Positions 1 through 9,219 of a stretch of DNA of 64,000 bases are shown in pieces; the stretch's first letter is position 1, and the number at the start of each line of letters is the position of its first letter. Location of the stretch: positions 1,246 through 65,245 of the forward strand of contig CAVZGT010000012.1 of the NCBI GenBank assembly GCA_963774855.1. Reading direction: 5' to 3'. The notes beneath the pieces are model-generated. The model was not told where the DNA came from. It saw nothing but the letters and a program-made list of their open reading frames with translations, and did no database searches. This DNA is from an uncultured Acidobacteriota bacterium. GTDB taxonomy: Bacteria > Acidobacteriota > Vicinamibacteria > Vicinamibacterales > 2-12-FULL-66-21. The position numbers and the translations under genes are program-made.

Positions 1-2
1 CA

Positions 3-813
3 TTCGCCGAGGCGCATCGCCTGGATCGGCTGCTTTCCAACTATCTGGCCGAGAGCGAATGGAGCGCGATGAACCGCGAGGCGGCGAGCCGGCCAGTTCC
101 CGTGACGCCCGAGCTGTTTGCGCTGCTCTCAGATTGCCTGGAATACAGCCGCCTGAGCGATGGGGCGTTCGACATCACCGTCGGACCTCTAATAAAGGTC
201 TGGGGCTTCTACAAAGGGGAGGGAGGCCTGCCGCAGCCTGAGGAGGTCAAGGAGAAGCTGAAGCGCGTGGGGTACAGGCACGTTCAACTCGATCCCGGCC
301 CCCGCACCGTCCGTTTCGCGCGCCCCGGCATGGACCTCGACCCTGGAGGGATCGGCAAGGGCTATGCGGTCGACCGGATGGTAGAGGTCCTCAAACAGTC
401 GGGCGTTCGCATCGCGCTCGTGTCCGCATCCGGCAGCAGCATCTACGGCCTGGGCGCGCCGCCAGATGACGCCACAGGGCTGGCCGATCACGATCCGCAC
501 GCCGCGGGATCCGTCCGCCGTCGCCACGCACGTCGTCCTCGAGAACATGTCGCTTTCCACGTCCGGCAGCTACGAGAAGTTCTTCTGGGCCGAAGGCCGA
601 ACCTACTCCCACATCCTCGACCCGCGGACCGGCTACCCCGCGCGGGGGACGTCGGCCGTTTCCGTCCTCGCGCCCCGGACGATAGACAGCGAGGCCTGGA
701 CGAAACCGTTCTTCATCAACGGCCGCGCCTGGGCGTCGGCGCACAAGCCTGCCGGGTTCCGGGTGTTCTTCTGTGAGGATCGCCCGCAGGCGACGTGCGG
801 TTGGCTACCGTGA
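3..813 (+). CDS. apbE: FAD:protein FMN transferase (ApbE family), 5'-truncated by the window edge, one frameshift near 470-480
   Basis: GAFDITVGPL and DPGGIGKGYAVD in ORF 69..776; SLSTSGSYEKF and SHILDPRTGYP continue in ORF 466..813. Confidence 0.9.
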
Positions 814-932
814 ACTCGGGGTCCTGCGACCCTGCAGTGGAGTTGGGGCGGGATAGATGCTCTGCCAGCGCGACCGTCATCGCGGCACCGAGTCCGGGAC
901 CGGCGCGCCCGCCTTTGCCGGTCTCAGCGTAA

Positions 933-1043
933 TCTCCTTCAACGTCGCTGCCCGCGACGGTGCGTATCGGGTTTGCTGTCAGCAGCCACGTCGACGGGAC
1001 GTTGGCGACCGGTTACTTCGACAACCTGACGCTGGTGCGATAA
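933..1043 (+). pseudogene. Orphan C-terminal fragment of a ConA-like/DUF1349-type beta-sandwich domain protein
   Basis: Manual translation SPSTSLPATVRIGFAVSSHVDGTLATGYFDNLTLVR*; in-frame TAA at 930-932 upstream. Confidence 0.55.
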
Positions 1044-1112
1044 CCAATGCGGGACGTGCGAAGGATCGCACCCTGGCGAGGCCGAGACTCGATGGTCTGA
1101 GGCGCCGCCTCG

Positions 1113-1667
1113 CTAGAACTTCCAGGCGAGGCCGCCACGAATCGGCAGGGTGACACCAGCCTCGCCGCGCTCTCCGTACATGACGAACCTCGCGTCCACG
1201 AACGCGCTGACGTGACCCCCGAGAGGGACGCCGACGCCGCCCCCCACAAACAGGAGCGTCGCCTCGTTCGTGACGCGATTGGGGAACCACTCGTTGACGT
1301 TGGGGCGTGACGTGCCGCGACCGAGCCCGGCGAGCGCGTAGGGTGAGAGTCGCGCGAACGGGCGCGGCGACACCCGGACTTCCGCGCTCACGAACGTCAA
1401 CGTGCCACCGCGCGTGGCGCCGTAGCCGTGTTCGTACCTGTTGAGCTCAGTCGGCAGGTGGCTTCGTTCCGCGCTCGCCAGCAAGTTCACATAGGGACCG
1501 GCGGGAACGCCGAACGAGAGCGACTGGCTGTTGCCGCCACCGATCACGTGCGACCCGACGCCGAACTGTACCGTCGGGCGGTTTCGGCCGTTCTCCTCGG
1601 CCGCCATGGCCGCCGGCACGATCGTCACGATCAGAGCCGTAGCGGCCGCGAGTCTGTGCGCCTGCAT
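1113..1667 (-). CDS. Outer-membrane beta-barrel protein (OmpW/OmpA-like membrane domain)
   Basis: Signal peptide, amphipathic strands, SPYALAGLG motif, C-terminal WKF. Confidence 0.75.
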   Translation of the reverse strand: MQAHRLAAATALIVTIVPAAMAAEENGRNRPTVQFGVGSHVIGGGNSQSLSFGVPAGPYVNLLASAERSHLPTELNRYEHGYGATRGGTLTFVSAEVRVSPRPFARLSPYALAGLGRGTSRPNVNEWFPNRVTNEATLLFVGGGVGVPLGGHVSAFVDARFVMYGERGEAGVTLPIRGGLAWKF

Positions 1668-1968
1668 GCGTGGAACCCTCCTGACCCGGAATGCGAAATC
1701 CCGCGCGATACCGGCTCACCGCCCCGTTCGCTGCTCACGGCGAGGCGCGAACAACTGTCACTTCTTGCTCGAACATGTTCGATACAGGCAACGCCGATTC
1801 GCAGTCGGCACTTGATCGGTTCGCAGCGGCCCTGCCGGTCGTCAGCCCTCCTTGCCGGACGTTGCAAGCGGGCTCTTCCGGACGCCCGTCGACGACCCCA
1901 GCAGGTGTGGTGCCGAACTTTCTGCGCTGGTACGCAACATGCTCTATTCGGCATTACTTATGAGCAAT

Positions 1969-2061
1969 TCGGCGATTGCGAACGTCACCCCCGCGGGAGT
2001 GCTCGCGGAGCAGCACCGAAAGATGGCGGAACCTGGCTCTGGGCAGAACGCCAGCGAGTGA
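1969..2061 (+). pseudogene. Orphan C-terminal fragment of an SDR oxidoreductase
   Basis: SAIANVTPAGVLAEQHRKMAEPGSGQNASE* resembles the C-terminus of an SDR subfamily; no Rossmann fold upstream. Confidence 0.55.
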
Positions 2062-2077
2062 GGCACTGCACGGTGTG

Positions 2078-2677
2078 ATGGCGCGACCAGCAGCGAGCGA
2101 CAGGATCCGGTCGGATCGGACCCGAAAGGCAATCGCCGTCCCGGCCACGGGGACGGCATTGTTGCTGATCGACGTCATCAACGATCTGGCATTCGAAGGT
2201 TCGGCAGCCCTGGTCGCCCAGGCGGAGCCGATGGCGAGCCGCCTGGCGACCCTGAAACGGCGCGCCAGCGCCGCAGGCGTGCCGACGATCTACATCAACG
2301 ACAACTTCGGGCAGTGGCGCTCGGACTTTCGCAAGACGGTCGCGCACTGCACCGCACGCTCCTCGCCCGGTCGTCGGGTGTCGCAGCGACTGAAACCGAC
2401 GGCGCGCGACTATTTCGTGTTGAAGCCGAAGCACTCGGGCTTCTTTGACACCACTCTCGACACGCTCCTGAAGGCGCTTCGGATTCGTCGAGTGATCTTG
2501 ACGGGCATCGCGGGCAACATCTGCGTCCTGTTCACGGCGAATGACGCCTACATGCGCGAGCTGAAGATCTTCGCCCCGGCCGATTGCATCGTCTCGAACA
2601 CCGCGGCAGACAACGACTATGCACTGCGCCAAATCAACACGGTCCTCAAGGGTCACATCGCGGATCAACCCGACTGA
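2078..2677 (+). CDS. Isochorismatase-family cysteine hydrolase
   Basis: ALLLIDVIND, KPKHSGFF and GIAGNICV give the Asp-Lys-Cys triad. Confidence 0.9.
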   Translation: MARPAASDRIRSDRTRKAIAVPATGTALLLIDVINDLAFEGSAALVAQAEPMASRLATLKRRASAAGVPTIYINDNFGQWRSDFRKTVAHCTARSSPGRRVSQRLKPTARDYFVLKPKHSGFFDTTLDTLLKALRIRRVILTGIAGNICVLFTANDAYMRELKIFAPADCIVSNTAADNDYALRQINTVLKGHIADQPD

Positions 2678-2729
2678 CGTTTCGTCCGGCGCGGCGGGCA
2701 GCCACCGTCGCGCAGGCACGACTCGGAAA

Positions 2730-3482
2730 ATGACTAAGACCGCCGACATTCGGGTCGGGACAGCCGGCTGGTCAATCCCGCGTGCGTCGGCATTCCGATT
2801 CGAAGGGCCAGGAACGCACCTCGAACGGTACGCACGGTCGCTCCGTTGCGCCGAGATCAATTCGTCGTTCCATCGGCCGCACGCCGCGGCCACCTACGCG
2901 AAGTGGCGCGACAGTACGCCGCGGGATTTTCGGTTCGCCGTCAAAATACCCCGCACGATTACGCATGAACTGAAGCTGCAGGATGCGCGGGAGCCATTCG
3001 TCGCGTTTCTGATCCAGACGGATGGCCTGGCCCAGAAAAGAGGCCCACTCCTTGTGCAGCTACCGCCGTCCCTGTCGTTTGATGGCACCGTCGTCACCTC
3101 ATTTCTGGAGGTCGTACGCACGGTCTACGATGGGCCCGTGGTGTGCGAGCCAAGGCATGCGACATGGTTCTCGCCACAGGTGGTCTCGCTGCTGGATCGG
3201 TACCGAGTCTCTCGAGTGGTAGCCGATCCGCCACCGGTGCCGGCGGCAATCGTTCCGGCGGGCTGGGCGCGGCTCGCATACTTTCGGCTGCATGGGTCGC
3301 CACGGACGTACTGGTCGAGGTATGACGAGAACGACATCGCGACGCTGGCGACGACCGTACGCAGCCTCCCGACTGCCGAGGAAGTGTGGTGTGTGTTCGA
3401 CAATACCGCAAGCGGCGCCGCCATCGAGAATGCCTGGGAGCTATGCCAACGTTTGATGGTCGGTCTCAGTCCCTGCCCTTAA
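2730..3482 (+). CDS. DUF72 family protein
   Basis: VGTAGW, EINSSFHR, FAVKIPRTITHE, QLPPS, EPRHATW, RLHG, VFDN motifs. Confidence 0.9.
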   Translation: MTKTADIRVGTAGWSIPRASAFRFEGPGTHLERYARSLRCAEINSSFHRPHAAATYAKWRDSTPRDFRFAVKIPRTITHELKLQDAREPFVAFLIQTDGLAQKRGPLLVQLPPSLSFDGTVVTSFLEVVRTVYDGPVVCEPRHATWFSPQVVSLLDRYRVSRVVADPPPVPAAIVPAGWARLAYFRLHGSPRTYWSRYDENDIATLATTVRSLPTAEEVWCVFDNTASGAAIENAWELCQRLMVGLSPCP

Positions 3483-3598
3483 CGCACAGCTCTTCGATGC
3501 GGAGGTGAGCTTTTCTGTTTCGCGACACGCGGGGGCCCCGGGTTTTCGGACCTTCAATGCGACCCTCAATGCCGGATTCTCGGTGACCCGGCAGCCGG

Positions 3599-4201
3599 CT
3601 AGAGCCACCCCCTGTCTCGCGCAATCCGCGCCGCATCAACCCGATTGCGGCCGCCGGTCTTGCTGATCGCCTCGGAAAGATAGTTCCTCACCGTGCCTTC
3701 GGAAAGGTGAAGTTCCGCGGCGATCTCGGCGCCACCTCGGCCCTCGCCTGCCAGGCGGAGCACCTGGCGCTCGCGATCGGACAACGGATCCGCGGCACCC
3801 CAGGCGTCCCCGGCGAGCTCGGGGTCGACGACCCGGTTTCCGGCGTGGGCTCGCCGGATCGCGTCCGCAAGACGGCTGGAGGGCGAGTCCTTGAGAACGT
3901 ATCCAACCACTCCGGCCTCGAGCGCACGCCGAAGGTAACCCTGCCGGGCGAACGTCGTGAGGATCACGACTCTCGGCGGCGCCTGCTCCAACCGGACGGC
4001 TGCGGCCAGCTCGAGCCCGCTCATACCAGGCATCTCGATGTCGGTGAGCAGTATGTCCGGCTTCAGAGTCCTGACCGCGGTCAGCGCTTCACGCCCGTCG
4101 TGCGCGGTACCGACGACGTCGATGTCGGGCTGGTTGCCGAGCAACGCGGCCAGCGCTCCGGCGACCATGGCCTGGTCCTCCGCAATCAGCACGCGAATCA
4201 T
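3599..4201 (-). CDS. NarL/LuxR-family response regulator (DesR-like)
   Basis: MIRVLIAEDQ, DIEMPG receiver, LuxR HTH LSEGTVRNYLS; start overlaps the kinase stop. Confidence 0.93.
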   Translation of the reverse strand: MIRVLIAEDQAMVAGALAALLGNQPDIDVVGTAHDGREALTAVRTLKPDILLTDIEMPGMSGLELAAAVRLEQAPPRVVILTTFARQGYLRRALEAGVVGYVLKDSPSSRLADAIRRAHAGNRVVDPELAGDAWGAADPLSDRERQVLRLAGEGRGGAEIAAELHLSEGTVRNYLSEAISKTGGRNRVDAARIARDRGWL

Positions 4202-5304
4202 GAGGCCGCCTCTCGTGACCAGGGGAAGGTGGCACGAATGGCGACGCCGTTCGCGTTCTCGATGTCGAGACGGCCGCCCGCTGCTTTGACCCGCTCGAGC
4301 ATGCCCGCCAGCCCGGTGCCGTTCGGACGCGCACGCCCGACGCCGTTGTCTTCGACCGTCAGGACAACGCCATCGTCGGTTCGGTGAAGCCCGACGCGGC
4401 ACGCAGACGCCTTCGCGTGCCGCATGACGTTCGTCACCGCTTCCCGCAGGACAAGCGCGAGCACCGTCTCGAGCTTCGGGACCAGGCGGATGGGTTCGAC
4501 GTCGACGTCGAGCGAGACGCCCGATGCGGACAGCGCCCGCATCGCTCGTTGGAGCTCGCCGGAGAAACCCCTGCCGCGGTAGCCTTCGACGGCCGCCCGG
4601 ACCTCCGACAGGGCCTCGCGGGACACGGCCTCCACGTCACGGATTTCCGCGACGGCCCGCGCGGTATCCGTCTCGGCGAGCTGCGACGCCAATTCGGACT
4701 TCAGCGCGATCACCGACAGCGTATGGCCCAGCACATCGTGGAGGTCGCGGGCGATACGCTCCCGCTCGGCGATGGTCGCCAGCCCTTCGATCTCCTCGTG
4801 GGCCCGCCGCAGCCGTGCGTGCTGCCGCTCGCGTTCTCCGAGAACGAGGTTCGCCCCACCCGTGGCGAAGATGAGGAACGTCACCCAGCTGCCGATCACG
4901 AGGCGGTCCGGAACATCGATCAGGGCCAGCTCGAGGAGCGTCGTCAGCGCCAGGACGACGAAGAGCGCAACCGCGCGCCGAGGCGGGAGCAACAGCGGCG
5001 CGAGCGCGGAAGCATAGAGCACGTACGTGACCGCCGCCACGTTCCACGGCATGACTGCCGCACCCAGTACAACCATCAGCCCGATATTCGCAGTCGCGCG
5101 CCGTGGACTGATTTCGCGCCGGCGCAGGAAGTCCCAGTAGAGGTAGCCGAAGACCACGAGTGACGCGCCCGTAAGCGTCCACAGCGGCCATCCCGCACGT
5201 CGAGCCAGAGGAACGATGAAGACTCCCAGCGCATACAGGAAGCCGGACGCAGCTGCCCATTGCGGATAGCGGCTCCCGGCCGGCTGCATGACCGTCTCGT
5301 TCAT
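4198..5304 (-). CDS. Membrane sensor histidine kinase, HisKA_3 (DesK-like)
   Basis: About 5 TM segments, ERERIARDLHDVLGHTLS, REAVTNVMRHA, DNGVG. Confidence 0.93.
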   Translation of the reverse strand: MNETVMQPAGSRYPQWAAASGFLYALGVFIVPLARRAGWPLWTLTGASLVVFGYLYWDFLRRREISPRRATANIGLMVVLGAAVMPWNVAAVTYVLYASALAPLLLPPRRAVALFVVLALTTLLELALIDVPDRLVIGSWVTFLIFATGGANLVLGERERQHARLRRAHEEIEGLATIAERERIARDLHDVLGHTLSVIALKSELASQLAETDTARAVAEIRDVEAVSREALSEVRAAVEGYRGRGFSGELQRAMRALSASGVSLDVDVEPIRLVPKLETVLALVLREAVTNVMRHAKASACRVGLHRTDDGVVLTVEDNGVGRARPNGTGLAGMLERVKAAGGRLDIENANGVAIRATFPWSREAAS

Positions 5305-5368
5305 GATGGGAGAATCGCCACGTGGCTGAGAAAACGCATGCCTGGCGGCCAATGTTACCTTGCCGGGC

Positions 5369-6786
5369 CTAGCGCCCTCCGAGTCGCCTGGCCGGAGTGG
5401 TGCCGGTCGGCGCATTCAGCGTGAGCGCCGTAGCACGGCCCTCGGCATCGAGGTCGAACGTGACGGTAATGCGCGTGTTCTCGGCCACGTAGAAGCTGCG
5501 GACGGTCTCCGGACGAAGGCGCAGTCTTGGGATGCCGGGCAGCTGGATCATCAGAGCGTCACCCTCCCTGGATACCTCGAAGGCAATCCCGGCGCCGGCT
5601 CGTATCGCCCGAGCAACCGGTCGAACATCCCTGGATCCATTTGGATTTCGGTTCGGGCCGGGGCACTTCCAACAGGCGGCGTCAGCGGGATGGATGGACG
5701 CAGCAGGTGTCGCGCGAGGTCGCCGACGGCGCTTGCGGTGTTCGAGAGAACCACTACGCCGGTGCGGGCCTTTGGGTCGTACGCCACGGCGCTGCTGAAC
5801 CCCAGCGTGCCGCCGTCGTGCGCCAGGATGCCTTCGTCCTGAGAACCGGGCGCGATGATCCACCAACCGAGCGCCTGCGGGATCCCGGGACCCGGCCGGC
5901 GCGTGGCCAGCATGACGGGGAGCACACCGGCCAGTGGCCCGTCCTCGCGTCCAAGGGCCTCGAGAAAGGTGAGCAGGTCGTTCACGCTGGAGTGGAGGGA
6001 GCCGGCGGCCGTGAGGGCGGGCACGTTCCACGCCGGCGCGACGCGCCGCCCGGCGTCGTGTCCAACCGCGAGATGCGAGCGCATGTTGCCGGACAAACCC
6101 ACGGCCGTGTTTCGCAAGCGCAGCGGCCCGGTCACGCGCTCCTGAAGCAAGGCCTCGTAGTTGCTGTTGGCGCGAACGCCGAGCGCCAGACCCAACACGC
6201 CGGCATCGACGTTGGAGTAGGTCCACTTCTGACCGACGTCCACCGGCACCGGGAACGTCGACAGGAAATCGACCAATTGGGCTCGTGTGTAAGTCGCCAT
6301 CGAAAACACGCCGTCGCGTGTCGCCGGAATACCGGACGGCCAGAGCGGAAGGCCCGACGTGTGCGTCGCGAGGTCCGCCAGCGAGATCGTGCGGTTCTCC
6401 AGGGCCCGTGAGGTGTGAGGGGGCAGGTAGCTGAACACCGAATCGGTCACCTTCACCTCGCCCCGCCGGACCATGTCGGCCAGCAGCACCGAGGTGAAGA
6501 CCTTCGTGACGGATCCGATTTCGAATACGGTGTCGCCGTCGAGTTCCCGCGGGTCGTCGAGGCTCGCCCGGCCATGCGCCACGATCCGGCGGCCGGCGGG
6601 CGTGACGATGCCGACGACGATGCCGAGATTGCGTCGCTCGGCGTCAACCCGAGTCGTGATCAGTCTCTTGATGTCGAGGTCGCCCGGTAGCGCAGCCTCC
6701 GCGTTCGGTGCCTGCGCCACCACTGGGCTTGCTTGAAACAGGCTCCCGGCAATCAATCCGCCGAGAAGCATCAGCGTTCGTGTCAT
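5369..6786 (-). CDS. Serine hydrolase (beta-lactamase class C-like) with DUF3471-like C-terminal domain; frameshift near 5590
   Basis: Signal peptide, FEIGSVTK (SxxK), LATHTSGL, YSN, HDGGT; C-terminal domain continues in ORF 5369..6226. Confidence 0.88.
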
Positions 6787-6841
6787 CGTTGCCCTCCGGA
6801 TGCGAGTCTCGCAGGGCAGACGGCACGGTATCAGTGCGGAG

Positions 6842-6904
6842 TGTCACAAATCGTTCGTGACAAATGTCAGGGCCGGCTTCCGCGCCGGAACCTCGGATTC
6901 ATGA
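6842..6904. promoter_or_regulatory. Palindromic operator(s) upstream of the serine hydrolase-DesK/DesR operon
   Basis: TGTCAC-N9-GTGACA (6842-6862), TGACA-AA-TGTCA (6858-6869), TCATGA (6899-6904). Confidence 0.55.
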
Positions 6905-6954
6905 CGTGTGTACGATTCGAGGTGAAGGAACAATGACGACGACACAACTCCGCG

Positions 6955-7485
6955 TCAATTCGGTCGCTGCCGGGCCGACTCGTCGATCAATCGGCGCGCC
7001 GCCGCCACGCCGTCGAAGCCCAGCACAACCGCGCGCTTGTTTTCGAACAGGGTGACTTGAAGAAAGAACGCGGCCAGCTCGTCCAGCGAACGCGGCGACA
7101 ATTCCATCAAGTCCTGCCGATCCTCCCAGCGCGGAGCCACCGAGGGCACCGAGATGATGCGATCGTTCCGCTCGCGGCCCGAGCCGTCTTTCTTGTCCTG
7201 CTCGACCATCACGAGTCCGAGCCCCCGGCAGGGGATGACGACGCCTGGGTAGGTGCTTCCCTCCCAGAGGACCATGGCGTCCAGCGGATCGCCGTCCGAC
7301 GCCTGAGTGCCGGCGATGAATCCCCAGTCGAACGGGTAGCTCAGGCCGGACGTGAGCGGCCGGCCCCAGGCGAAGGCGTGGAGGATGGGATCGAATTTGA
7401 GCTTGACGGTGGCGCCGCGAGGCGATTCCACGACGACGTGAAACGAGCCGTCGCCCGCGAACGTCGGCACGCGCGAGAGGTCCAT
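6955..7485 (-). CDS. ppa: Inorganic pyrophosphatase, family I
   Basis: VVESPRG, YPFDWGFI, DGDPLD signature, ERNDRII. Confidence 0.9.
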   Translation of the reverse strand: MDLSRVPTFAGDGSFHVVVESPRGATVKLKFDPILHAFAWGRPLTSGLSYPFDWGFIAGTQASDGDPLDAMVLWEGSTYPGVVIPCRGLGLVMVEQDKKDGSGRERNDRIISVPSVAPRWEDRQDLMELSPRSLDELAAFFLQVTLFENKRAVVLGFDGVAAARRLIDESARQRPN

Positions 7486-7496
7486 GATTGCCCGGT

Positions 7497-8474
7497 TCAG
7501 CGTTCGAGGCGCATCTCGCTTGGACCAGGCAGGCGCGGGACGCCAGCCCGAGCCACCAGGAGCGCGGCCACGGGAAGGGCAACCGAGGCGATTCGCAGCA
7601 GCGACGCCGGCCGGACGACGCGCCGGCCGGTCGAGGCAGCAAAGCGCTCGACGGCAACGCAGACGTCCAGGAGCGCCGCCCGCCTGGTGATGTACTCCGC
7701 AAAAAGCCGATGGCATTCCGCCTCGATGGCGGCCAGCACGGCCTCCACACTCGAGTCGTCTTTGTCCGTGTCGGCCAGCCGTGTGAAACGCTTTTTCAGG
7801 ACCTCGTGATCGTGCAGACTCCCGAGTATTTCCTGCGCCTTCTTCAAAGTCTTCAGGCCGCCGGCTGCAATCGCTTCCGGATCGTTCGTCATCTCGAGGA
7901 TATAGCGGAGCTTCTTCGCATCGATACGGACGCCGTGCGCCCGTTTCGGAAAGTAGACGCCCGAGCTACGGTCGATCGCGTGGCGGAGTGCCGCGGCGTG
8001 GTCGCGCAGGGCGTCGCGGATTGGACCATCGCACTCCTGCATGCCGGCCCGAGCGAAATGCCAGCGGTTCTTCGGCAGGTGGACCGCGGCGCTCATCGCG
8101 GCCGCCAGTGGTAGATCGTCGAACTTCTTCACAAGCCGTCGGCGAGCCGTCAATTGCCTGGCCGCAATCAGGTGTCGGACCTCCGCGGCGCGCCCGGCCG
8201 CGGCCGGGGTGGTTCGTTCGAGCTCCGTGATGAGCTCGATCGCCACATCCAAGTCGCGAACACGACCGAGCGCGCGCCCGGCCTTTTTGATGGTACGAGC
8301 GGTACTCTTGAGGTCGGTCTGTGGATAGCAGATCGAGAGAACCGGTAGTAACGCCCGGATGCGGCGCGTTGCGACACGCGCGTCGTGAATCGCTTCGACG
8401 CCGCCGTCGCGAACGCCAGGAAGCTGGTCGAGGAGAGCCGATGTCGAGGCTAGAAGTTGTCTTCGCAGGGTCAT
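7497..8474 (-). CDS. CHAD-domain (polyphosphate-binding) protein
   Basis: IHDARVATRRIRA, LGRVRDLDV, HGVRIDAKKLRY, QEILGSLHDHEV. Confidence 0.9.
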   Translation of the reverse strand: MTLRRQLLASTSALLDQLPGVRDGGVEAIHDARVATRRIRALLPVLSICYPQTDLKSTARTIKKAGRALGRVRDLDVAIELITELERTTPAAAGRAAEVRHLIAARQLTARRRLVKKFDDLPLAAAMSAAVHLPKNRWHFARAGMQECDGPIRDALRDHAAALRHAIDRSSGVYFPKRAHGVRIDAKKLRYILEMTNDPEAIAAGGLKTLKKAQEILGSLHDHEVLKKRFTRLADTDKDDSSVEAVLAAIEAECHRLFAEYITRRAALLDVCVAVERFAASTGRRVVRPASLLRIASVALPVAALLVARAGVPRLPGPSEMRLER

Positions 8475-8516
8475 GTCCGCGCCCTTGCAAGACTCGATCT
8501 CCCTGAGGGCAAACGC

Positions 8517-8539
8517 GGACGTTACATTTGTAAATTCTT
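8517..8539 (-). promoter_or_regulatory. 23-bp motif AAGAATTTACAAATGTAACGTCC (copy 1), core palindrome TTACA-AA-TGTAA
   Basis: Identical to 48675-48697 (+); AT-rich island about 45 bp upstream of the CHAD start. Confidence 0.7.
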
Positions 8540-8542
8540 GCC

Positions 8543-8833
8543 CTAGCGATTCTTTCCTCTCCGGCCGCCCCCGCCGGCCTGCTTACGATTACGACTCGGG
8601 CTCGCGCCGGTCTTCTTCTTCTTCTTCTTCAGACGCGCCGAGGGTTTCAGCCTGGCCTTGGCCGCGGTGATTTTCCGTTCCAACGCCGCCCGAATTTCGG
8701 CTTCCCGGTCCGCCAGCGCTGCCTTCGCCTTGACAACCTTGCGCTCGGTCTTCGCACGCGCCTTCGCAAGCGCCCGCTCGGCTTTCGCCCGGGCGCGTTT
8801 TATTTTGTCGTTCGTCTTCCGTGCGTTCGCCAT
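8543..8833 (-). CDS. Small Lys/Arg/Ala-rich basic protein (histone H1-like composition)
   Basis: 96 aa MANARKTNDKIKRARAKAERALAKARAK...KKKKKK; AGGAGG RBS upstream. Confidence 0.7.
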   Translation of the reverse strand: MANARKTNDKIKRARAKAERALAKARAKTERKVVKAKAALADREAEIRAALERKITAAKARLKPSARLKKKKKKTGASPSRNRKQAGGGGRRGKNR

Positions 8834-9219
8834 GCCGTCCCTCCTGACGTCAGCGGCCCTGCTGTGCAGGCTGATTTGCGCCCAGTTTAGACCAGGACAG
8901 GCGCCGCGCATCGGTCGAAAGAACGAACTATTTTCGCCGTCCAGGTCGCCCGCCGCGCGTCTGGTTTTGAGGGGTGAAACGCGCGTGAGCGGCGGCGGGT
9001 GGTTGTCTCGCCAGGTGGCGATCGCTCCGAGGCACCTTGGCGTGCGTGGAAGGAGAGACCAGGGTGTGCCGCATGTTCACAAACTTGTTGAGGCTCGATC
9101 GGATGTCCACGGCTGGGCACGGCGGATGTTGCCTGGAATTTGTGCGCGCGTTTCACCGACGTCGAGGGGCTGTCACACGGTGCCGATAGGCTGCGACTCC
9201 GTTCGCAAGGAGATCCGGC

